A DNA stretch of 64,000 nt from Anaeroplasma bactoclasticum. GTDB taxonomy: Bacteria; Bacillota_I; Bacilli_A; Acholeplasmatales; Anaeroplasmataceae. Positions within the stretch are counted from its first letter, which is position 1; every line of letters begins with the position of its first letter. The DNA is taken from the NCBI GenBank assembly GCA_023663825.1, contig JAMPGQ010000002.1:2762-66761 (forward strand), written 5' to 3'. A program made the translations under genes and the position numbers. This document shows positions 28,583 to 35,746 of the stretch, piece by piece. The notes beneath the pieces are model-generated. The model ran no database searches and was not told the DNA's origin. It was given only the letters and a program-made list of their open reading frames with translations.

Positions 28583-28792
28583 TTATTCTAAGAACTCCTT
28601 AATACACTCTAAAATATGGTTAATTGCAAAATCTTCATCTCCACTGTTGTCATCATGCTTAAGTTTGTAGATTCTATTTCTAACAACCTTTAGTTCTTCA
28701 ACATCTAATCCTTCATCAATTAAATTATGATAGAACTCAATTTTTTCTAATATGCTTGTCCCTCTTTTAGGAGTTGGTACTACTCTTTTCAT
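28583..28792 (-). CDS. hypothetical phage protein (69 aa), same frame as the downstream ORF
   Basis: Stop TAA at 28583-28585 is the only interruption between two same-frame ORFs. Confidence 0.3.
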   Translation of the reverse strand: MKRVVPTPKRGTSILEKIEFYHNLIDEGLDVEELKVVRNRIYKLKHDDNSGDEDFAINHILECIKEFLE

Positions 28793-29024
28793 TCCTTACC
28801 TCCTCTTCTATTTCCTTCAACATATCATAGATTAACTCCTTATCTCCATCTGCATATTCATAAACCATTCTAATAAGATTATACAATGCGGATTCTTTTG
28901 CAAGATTCCCCTTTAATCTCATCTTTGTTTCGTTACCGTCAAATCTTCCTTTAAATGTTGCCTTTAATTTCCATTTTTTTCCAAACATAGTTACACCTCC
29001 TAATCTAAATGATACGTGGAACAC
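28767..29024 (-). CDS. hypothetical phage protein
   Basis: 85-aa ORF. Confidence 0.25.
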   Translation of the reverse strand: MFHVSFRLGGVTMFGKKWKLKATFKGRFDGNETKMRLKGNLAKESALYNLIRMVYEYADGDKELIYDMLKEIEEEVRNEKSSTNS

Positions 29025-29629
29025 ACTTTTAATTTAGACTTTAAAACCTTCTCAGCATCTAGCACAAGTAAAACATAGGCCAAGTTATCATTTTCATCGC
29101 TAGAAATCTTGAGAAGGTTCCGATGGAAATTTAACTCAACATACTTTACCTTACTGAATGCAAGTTTTAATGCAATCAATAATAACTCTGCTTCTAAGTA
29201 ATAAAGTTGCCCCTCTATTTCCAAGCAACAGACTTTGCTTAATACTGTATTTCTGCATTCAGGTGGAACGGCATCTAGGAAGGTGTACAGACCCTTAACA
29301 TCTACGTAATCTCTAGAGTGCTCTATTGGCATCTCATCAATACCATTAGGAAGGGATTTATATTCGTTCTTGGCCAACTCTTCAAATGTAATCCTAGTTC
29401 TACCTCTATTGAAAAGCAGTGTGCCTTTAGGAGGTTTCTCATAATAATAAATTGCTTCATCCTGAATTTGAGAATCACCTTTAAGGATGATATAGTATAA
29501 ACCATTCGTAAATACCTGGTGATCATCATTTTGCTTTAGAAATCCATAAGGTTTCTTAGGATGATTTTTAAAATTTAAAAGCTGCTGCTTTTTCAAGAAT
29601 GAAATTCTTGCTTTATCCGTACAAATCAT
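29000..29629 (-). CDS. hypothetical phage protein
   Basis: 209-aa ORF. Confidence 0.3.
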   Translation of the reverse strand: MICTDKARISFLKKQQLLNFKNHPKKPYGFLKQNDDHQVFTNGLYYIILKGDSQIQDEAIYYYEKPPKGTLLFNRGRTRITFEELAKNEYKSLPNGIDEMPIEHSRDYVDVKGLYTFLDAVPPECRNTVLSKVCCLEIEGQLYYLEAELLLIALKLAFSKVKYVELNFHRNLLKISSDENDNLAYVLLVLDAEKVLKSKLKVCSTYHLD

Positions 29630-29634
29630 AGTTC

Positions 29635-29802
29635 TTATAAACCAAGTTTATGAATAATGTCATCTACTCGGTCTGCCTCCTTCTTCAAACTTTGAGCATC
29701 CTTCTTAGAAGCGGTTTTTAAAAGTATATTAGTTTCCTCTTGATGCTCTTTTAAAATCATTCTTAAAAGACTTCGTTCCTTAGTTGTTAAATCCTTCTTC
29801 AT
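29635..29802 (-). CDS. 55-aa hypothetical protein (MKKDLTTKERSLLRMILKEHQEE...)
   Basis: Strong RBS AAGGAGGTG 7 nt before the ATG at 29802. Below the track cutoff. Confidence 0.3.
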   Translation of the reverse strand: MKKDLTTKERSLLRMILKEHQEETNILLKTASKKDAQSLKKEADRVDDIIHKLGL

Positions 29803-29816
29803 TACTGGTCACCTCC

Positions 29817-30194
29817 TTATTGTTTTGTCTCTAACTGTTTTATAACTGACAAGACATCATCATATATTTCAGAGGTTGTCCATTTTTTGCTATCAGGAGA
29901 ATTGTAGCATAATGAAGTATAATCTCCTACATGAGCATAGTCCCATCCTATCCAAAACGACCCATCATCTTCTATCCAATAGGCATCCCCACCATAAGTT
30001 AGTCCCCCATGTACCTCTATTTCTATATCTGAGTAATGCTTTTTAAATACAGGATAATTACTTGGGATTTCCACATAGGCCACAGGGTGCGTTCCTAGAC
30101 TCAGAATCGCATATCTATGGATTCCTATCTTTCCTTGGTCTAATATAGTAACTCTTCTTGTAATGTCATATTTCATCTCATTCATTTTTTTCAT
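29817..30194 (-). CDS. hypothetical phage protein
   Basis: 125-aa ORF. Confidence 0.3.
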   Translation of the reverse strand: MKKMNEMKYDITRRVTILDQGKIGIHRYAILSLGTHPVAYVEIPSNYPVFKKHYSDIEIEVHGGLTYGGDAYWIEDDGSFWIGWDYAHVGDYTSLCYNSPDSKKWTTSEIYDDVLSVIKQLETKQ

Positions 30195-30197
30195 CTC

Positions 30198-30362
30198 CTA
30201 TACAACCCAAACTGTTACTAGGACAAATATAATTGCTAATAGTACTATGGATACAATGATTGATACACTTGGTTCTTCGTCCTCGTTGACTATAATGCCA
30301 ATTGATAGAAAGAATAGTATAATTCCAAGAATTACTGTTGATATTATTCTCATTGCTAACAT
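30198..30362 (-). CDS. 54-aa two-TM membrane peptide (MLAMRIISTVILGIILFFLSIGIIVNEDEEPSVSIIVSIVLLAIIFVLVTVWVV)
   Basis: Two hydrophobic helices separated by the acidic loop NEDEEPS. Its stop overlaps the next gene's start. Confidence 0.35.
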   Translation of the reverse strand: MLAMRIISTVILGIILFFLSIGIIVNEDEEPSVSIIVSIVLLAIIFVLVTVWVV

Positions 30363-30385
30363 TTTTCTAAATCTCCTTTTTTTTT

Positions 30386-30988
30386 CTAGTTTGCGTGCTT
30401 ACCACCTTTTAGATATCCTCTTTCGTTAAAGTATCTAAACATAGTGGCATTTGATAGTCCTAGTCTATCGCTAGCCTCATTACATGTCAGTTGCCCATTT
30501 TTATACATCAATCCTATTTCATCAATGTTAGGGGGAAGAATCGCTTTAGGCCTTCCAAACTTGATGCCTCTTGCTTTTGCAGCTGCAATTCCTTGAGCCT
30601 GTCTTTTAAGTATGTTCTCACGTTCAACTTGAGCCACATAGGATAATAAATTTAAGACTATATCTGTAATAAGTTTAGAGGTTAAGTCATCTTTGGAAGT
30701 ATCTAATATAGGCATATCTAAGATTTTAATTTTAATCCCTCTGGCACTTAAGTATTGCCATTCTTGTTTTATCTGATCATAGTTTCTACCAAATCTGTCA
30801 AGGGACAGAACGATGAGAGTGTCCCCCCCCTTTAGCTTTTTTCTCATCCTTTGATAATTCTTTCTTTCAAAATCTTTACCACTCTGTTTATCCTGGTACA
30901 GTACATAGGGCCTGTACTTCTCAAACTCTGCAATTTGTCTATCTAGATTTTGGTCTTCTGTACTAACTCTGGCATAACAATATATCAT
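30386..30988 (-). CDS. small serine recombinase (Hin/Gin/resolvase family DNA invertase); contains a G8 homopolymer
   Basis: MIYCYARVSTEDQNLDRQ with the catalytic Ser, GDTLIVLSLDRFGRN, and a C-terminal HTH. The track ORF runs to 31129, but the conserved start is the Met at 30988. The C8 run at 30823-30830 encodes KGGD. Confidence 0.7.
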   Translation of the reverse strand: MIYCYARVSTEDQNLDRQIAEFEKYRPYVLYQDKQSGKDFERKNYQRMRKKLKGGDTLIVLSLDRFGRNYDQIKQEWQYLSARGIKIKILDMPILDTSKDDLTSKLITDIVLNLLSYVAQVERENILKRQAQGIAAAKARGIKFGRPKAILPPNIDEIGLMYKNGQLTCNEASDRLGLSNATMFRYFNERGYLKGGKHAN

Positions 30989-31366
30989 TGCGGTATTCCC
31001 TCCTTTATTGGCTACCAAGATCAAGCGCCCGTTCACTAATGTGTAAATTGGGAGGTAATAGTTTGATGATTGCATCTGGAACGTATTATTAACGAGCAAT
31101 GCTCGGCGCTTGATTTCGACTAGAGCCACCTAGTCATCATCGGTTGGCTTTATTTAATTTTAATCTGCATTTGTTAGAATACTTATCAGATTATCGAGTT
31201 CTGATATAACCTCTTTCTTAAATTGTTCACCATAGATATACTTATTTATCAATCCTATTAGGGTATCATAGGACTTTTGTTCTTCCTGGGTTAAATAGTC
31301 TATTGGCATATGTTTCTTCTCCTCTTGGTTCACATCGTGTTATAATTATTTAAAGGAGGTGTCATT

Positions 31367-31600
31367 ATGACCTTTAAAGAATGGTTACTAAATTATCAAG
31401 GAAATGATAGCATGGTACTAGATATTCAGGAAGATGCTAGCCATGATTCTACATTCCCTGATTCAGATAGCTATGATGTCTACCATTGCTATCTGAAATG
31501 GGATAAGCGTGCTGATAAGATTGTGATGGAATTCTTTGACCACGCTTTTAATTGCTACCATTCATCTGTTTTTGGTAAGCCTCGAACATCTGATAAGTAG
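31367..31600 (+). CDS. hypothetical protein (77 aa)
   Basis: Strong RBS AAAGGAGGTG 7 nt upstream. Confidence 0.35.
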   Translation: MTFKEWLLNYQGNDSMVLDIQEDASHDSTFPDSDSYDVYHCYLKWDKRADKIVMEFFDHAFNCYHSSVFGKPRTSDK

Positions 31601-31745
31601 CATGTTCATCAAAGATGATTCTATATAGTTTAGGATGGTCAAATGGATTTCTACAAGCTATATAGAATTCATCTCCTAATTGCACTAGTTGTAGCGCTTG
31701 TCTTGCTTCCTCTATAGTAGAGGGGGTCTTTTTGTTATCAGGCAT
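31548..31745 (-). CDS. hypothetical protein (65 aa), convergent with 31367..31600 and overlapping it by 53 nt
   Basis: RBS AAAGGAGGAAATAT before the ATG. Confidence 0.35.
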   Translation of the reverse strand: MPDNKKTPSTIEEARQALQLVQLGDEFYIACRNPFDHPKLYRIIFDEHATYQMFEAYQKQMNGSN

Positions 31746-31757
31746 ATATTTCCTCCT

Positions 31758-31997
31758 TTATATTTCTCGAATTTGAATAGTTATTGTACCTAAGTTCGAT
31801 TTAAAGTAATCATATTCTTTTTGATTTAGAAAAAACCATCCCATATCACCTGCTCCGAAGTCGGCTTCACTCTCAGTTAGATAAGCTCCGCCCTCGATTA
31901 AATGCACAGGATGCTTCCCCTTAGTTTTAACATCGTATAGGTGCATCTTTTTTGGTTCATACACTGCTGCTAAAATAGTTTTTGTAACTAATGCCAT
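31758..31997 (-). CDS. hypothetical phage early protein
   Basis: 79-aa ORF directly downstream of the cro-like gene. Confidence 0.3.
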   Translation of the reverse strand: MALVTKTILAAVYEPKKMHLYDVKTKGKHPVHLIEGGAYLTESEADFGAGDMGWFFLNQKEYDYFKSNLGTITIQIREI

Positions 31998-32002
31998 CTT
32001 TA

Positions 32003-32230
32003 CTATTCCTCCTTATTTTTGTTTGCAAAAATCATAACCAATTCTTCAATAGATGAATTAAGTACAACTGCCAATTTTGCTATGCTTGCACAACTTGGCT
32101 CACTTTTACCCCTACACCATCTATAAATTGTTGTATGAGTTTTATTCATAACTTTACCTAAGGATTCCTGGGTAAATCCTCTGTTTTTAACTAATTCTTC
32201 AAATGTCATATCTTGTCCTTTCTTTTGCAC
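32003..32230 (-). CDS. Cro-like XRE HTH regulator
   Basis: HTH segment FTQESLGKVMNKTHTTIYRWCRGK. Divergent from the cI-like repressor across an operator-rich region. Confidence 0.5.
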   Translation of the reverse strand: MQKKGQDMTFEELVKNRGFTQESLGKVMNKTHTTIYRWCRGKSEPSCASIAKLAVVLNSSIEELVMIFANKNKEE

Positions 32231-32689
32231 GTTTTTAGTGCTATAATTGATTTGTCAGCTATTGTTGGCAGGAAGGGGGTATTTGGCTTGAAGAAACTTC
32301 TTAAAGCCTTAATGCCTATGCCCTGTTGTTTTGTAATTGCAATGCTTACGGCATAAATTTCTTCCACCTGAACAATAACCGGTAAAGTGAGCGTCCTTCC
32401 ACAGAAAAGAACAGTGCATTCTGTTCTTATAATACTAATTGTAGAGAAAAGTTAATTGAACTTTTTTGGGGGTATTGGTTTCCGATATCTTCATAATTTG
32501 GATATTAACCTTTCTCACCGGTGGTGGTGCAAACACCTAAAAAGCACCTATAAAATCCTTTAGTATTATTGCAGGAGTTTAAACTAAACAAATATTGCAT
32601 CGAAGGTAATGTGAATGCACGCATTGCCTTTTTTGTTCTATTCGTTTCCAAATACCCCTTTTCTGCCAACAATAGTCGACCTCTATTCC

Positions 32690-32815
32690 TCCTATTTTGT
32701 GCACTATTTGTGCTATCTACATCCGTTATAACACAGGACGTGCACTTTGTCAACACTTTTGTTCGCTTTTTGTGCAAATAATTGCGTTTATAGTGCAAAA
32801 AATGTACAATATTAT
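32690..32815. promoter_or_regulatory. phage genetic-switch operator/promoter region with GTGCAC-based operators and the repressor promoter (TTGCGT-17-TACAAT)
   Basis: Operator-like sites TGTGCACTATTTGTGCTATC (32698-32717), GTGCACTTTGTCAAC, TTGTGCAAATAA and AGTGCAAAAAATGTACAAT. The last overlaps the -10 element of the promoter for 32835. Confidence 0.5.
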
Positions 32816-32834
32816 TAAAAAAGGAGCCAATTAT

Positions 32835-33179
32835 ATGACAAATAAAAGACTAAGAGAACTAAGATTAGAAAAGAGAATGACTTTAAGAGAGCTAAGCGAA
32901 AAATTGAATATATCATACTCAAATATTGCCATGATAGAAAGAGGCGAAAGAAATTTAACTGCTGATACAGCTAAAATTTTTTCAAGTTTTTTTAGTGTAT
33001 CTACAGATTATTTACTTGGGCTGACTGATGAAAGAAATGCTACAATTTCTTCTTCTATCAAAGACCAATTATCAGATGCTCAAATTGCTTTTTATAATCA
33101 CACCGAAAATCTTACGGATGAACAAATGCTTGATGTCATAAAATATGTAGAATTCTTAAAAAGCAAAGAGAATAAATAA
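32835..33179 (+). CDS. cI-like XRE-family repressor with C-terminal oligomerisation-type domain
   Basis: ATG at 32835 with RBS AAAGGAG. HTH segment MTLRELSEKLNISYSNIAMIERGERN. C-terminus EQMLDVIKYVEFLKSKENK. Confidence 0.55.
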   Translation: MTNKRLRELRLEKRMTLRELSEKLNISYSNIAMIERGERNLTADTAKIFSSFFSVSTDYLLGLTDERNATISSSIKDQLSDAQIAFYNHTENLTDEQMLDVIKYVEFLKSKENK

Positions 33180-33225
33180 TCTCATTTTCTCGGTACTGTA
33201 TTATAATTTGTAATAAAAGGAGCTG

Positions 33226-33576
33226 GTGGAATTGAATAATTTAAGATTTTTAAGACAGGATTTGCATATGACCCTTAGGGAATTGGCAGACAGGGTCCAT
33301 ATAGATTTTTCTGCACTATCTAGAGCAGAAAATGGAAGGCGCAATTTGAATGATAATGATATAATGATATTAACAAATTTTTTCAATGTGTCATCTGACT
33401 ATCTTCTAGGTCTCTCAGACAAAAGAGTGCCCGAGCCAATCGCCACTCCTTCTGCAGCACCTATTCAAGATGAGGCTCTTATAGCCCTTTATAATCAAAC
33501 GGAGGGCTTGAGCAAGGAACAGATGGATCAAGTTATTAGTTATGTTCAATTCTTGAAAAGTAAGGAGAACAAATAA
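33226..33576 (+). CDS. second XRE-family regulator, paralog of the cI-like repressor
   Basis: Aligns along its whole length with 32835..33179 (HTH MTLRELADRVHIDFSALSRAENGRRN, identical C-terminal FLKSKENK). A TATAAT -10 element lies at 33202-33207. Confidence 0.5.
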   Translation: MELNNLRFLRQDLHMTLRELADRVHIDFSALSRAENGRRNLNDNDIMILTNFFNVSSDYLLGLSDKRVPEPIATPSAAPIQDEALIALYNQTEGLSKEQMDQVISYVQFLKSKENK

Positions 33577-33619
33577 AAAAAATCCCAATTAAGGGAGTAA
33601 GGGAAAGGATAGAGGAAAT

Positions 33620-35158
33620 ATGGATGAATATGTAGAAAAACAACTTAAAGAAATTTTTTCAAATTTTACGAAAAGACCTGTAGCTTTTATAGGATCTGGC
33701 ATTAGCAAAAGATACCTTGATACTCCTACTTGGATAGGATTACTCAAGAAGACGTTCAATGAATATAATAGCAATATTGCTGAATTTGGTCAAATGCTCA
33801 GAAAATATGGCGATACCCATTTAGATCAAGTAGCCTCTAATATAGAAAACGACTATGATAGCTATTTCATTCATCATATCTGCACAAATCCGAATCATAA
33901 AAATTATCAACTGTATTTAGAGAATAAGAATGCAATTGATAATGGCAAAATACATCCTTACAAAATATATACAGCTAATGTCTTTAAGCAAGCCTCTTTA
34001 AACGCTATATTTAACGATGAGAGAAATGAATTTATATCCTTTATAGGTAAATGTGCAAATATTATAACTACTAACTATGACACCCTTTTAGAAAACATTT
34101 CTAATCTGGACACCATTATAGGAAGCAAGGACTTTATAAGTGAAAAATGCATAGGGTATGGTGAGTTATACAAAATACATGGTTGTTGCAGTAATCCAAA
34201 TTCTATGGTACTTACTGCTGAAGATTATCAAAACTTTAATGAGAAAAAGTCTTTTTACCATGCAAAGCTTCTTCTTTCGTTTATTCAACAACCAATTATC
34301 TTTTTGGGGTATTCCTTAAGTGATGGCTATATAGAAGGGATTTTGGAGGATGTGGCCAAAATGCTAGACGATGAAGATCTTGAAGTTTTAAGCAAAAGAC
34401 TTGTCTTCGTTGAGTATACAGAAACTCCACAGACAAGCATACGTGAGAAAATAATTAAAAAACTCCAAATGACATGCATTAGAACGAACGACTATAAAAC
34501 AATTTATAGATTAATGTCTGAAAATGTTAGAGAAGGAATCCCGCTAGACTTAGTTAAAAGGTTCCAAGAAGCTGTAAAAAACTTTATTTATGAGCAGGAT
34601 AACCCTAAGGCACTACCAGTAACAGGTATTAACGACATCAAAGATCCTAGAGGGCTCACTGCATTTCATATAGGGTCTAAACCAGTCAGTGACAATTCTT
34701 CTCTTTTCACTTCTAGAGATTTGTTAAACGACATACTTTATAACACTGGAAGGCTGCCAAATAGTGATGTAATAATCGATAAAATCCATTCTGAGGCATT
34801 AAGATTTCCAAGAGAAGCATTTACACCTCTTTATAAATATTATAATAATTCTAGCAAAAAATATTCTTTATCTGATTTATCAAAAACATTTATAACAAAC
34901 GTGTTGGATTTAAAAAAAGGCCCCGACAAGTATATAGCCAAAAATTTTATAGATTTAAAACAAAAGATTGAATCTTCATGCAACAATGAAAATGACGTAC
35001 TCCAGCTATTATTGAAAAATATTGAATTGTGTGACTCTAAATTTCTTCGTGACACATTGACAAATATTCATCCTAATCCTTTCAGCAGTGAGGAAAAGGT
35101 AGATACAAAATACCGAAAATTGATTGCGGCTATAGATTTTTTAGAAAACGGACAATAA
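33620..35158 (+). CDS. SIR2-like (sirtuin-fold, ThsA/DSR-type) protein with an uncharacterised ~260-aa C-terminal domain; candidate NAD-depleting anti-phage/abortive-infection effector
   Basis: Gly-rich N-terminus VAFIGSGISKRY, TTNYDTLLE (catalytic Asn), KIHGCCSNP (catalytic His) and IIFLGYSLSD, the order expected for a defense-type SIR2 domain. No TIR, HerA or pAgo partner lies nearby. Confidence 0.65.
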   Translation: MDEYVEKQLKEIFSNFTKRPVAFIGSGISKRYLDTPTWIGLLKKTFNEYNSNIAEFGQMLRKYGDTHLDQVASNIENDYDSYFIHHICTNPNHKNYQLYLENKNAIDNGKIHPYKIYTANVFKQASLNAIFNDERNEFISFIGKCANIITTNYDTLLENISNLDTIIGSKDFISEKCIGYGELYKIHGCCSNPNSMVLTAEDYQNFNEKKSFYHAKLLLSFIQQPIIFLGYSLSDGYIEGILEDVAKMLDDEDLEVLSKRLVFVEYTETPQTSIREKIIKKLQMTCIRTNDYKTIYRLMSENVREGIPLDLVKRFQEAVKNFIYEQDNPKALPVTGINDIKDPRGLTAFHIGSKPVSDNSSLFTSRDLLNDILYNTGRLPNSDVIIDKIHSEALRFPREAFTPLYKYYNNSSKKYSLSDLSKTFITNVLDLKKGPDKYIAKNFIDLKQKIESSCNNENDVLQLLLKNIELCDSKFLRDTLTNIHPNPFSSEEKVDTKYRKLIAAIDFLENGQ

Positions 35159-35512
35159 AAAAAGGGGCACTTTGAAACTCTACTCTACAAGAATAGTTTT
35201 CTAGTTCACATAGCTCTCCGAACTACTAAACAAGTGCTCTTCTTTTATTCTTCCGGATACATATATTTTACCATGGTTAAATTTTTTGTCAATACCTTTT
35301 TCGGTGCAATTGCACCATTTTTGTTAACTTTTTTGTGCCATGGGGCTAAAAATCAGTAGTTGCAACTCAATCAAAGCCATTACTAGCGTATGCACATATA
35401 CCTATATTTATACACATTAAAATAACTATGAGAGATAAAATATGAAGTTAGATAATCTCACTAAACTAGAACAAGAGGCTACAGAGCATAACATAAAGTC
35501 TTCTATGCAGAT

Positions 35513-35746
35513 ATGTCTAAAATGCCTTCAGATGCTCTTATCCTCTTCTATCAGGGAGAATATACCATCTTAATTGAAAGGTCCCTAGACAGGGAGAATA
35601 AGGCCATAAGACTTGCCCATGAATTAGCACATTACCATACCTGCACCTTGAGCAAATACAATTCCTCAAAAGAGGAAATCGAAAATAATGAAAGAATAGC
35701 TGTTGAATATAATATACTTAAAAGGAAGGAGGAATCTAATCAATGA
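35513..35746 (+). pseudogene. ImmA/IrrE-family (HEXXH) metallopeptidase remnant, truncated at both ends
   Basis: ILIERSLDRENKAIRLAHELAHY matches the ImmA zinc-binding core. It has only 77 aa and the N-terminal half is missing (stops in frame upstream). Confidence 0.4.

Noticed and set aside
30163-30429. 88-aa plus-strand ORF
   Set aside because: It is antisense to a convincing 54-aa two-TM membrane ORF with an RBS. It also overlaps the ends of two minus-strand genes and has low-complexity Ile/Phe-rich content.
32505-32798. 97-aa minus-strand ORF between cro and cI
   Set aside because: It overlaps the operator and promoter elements of the genetic switch and has no RBS. The real genes are divergent from this region.
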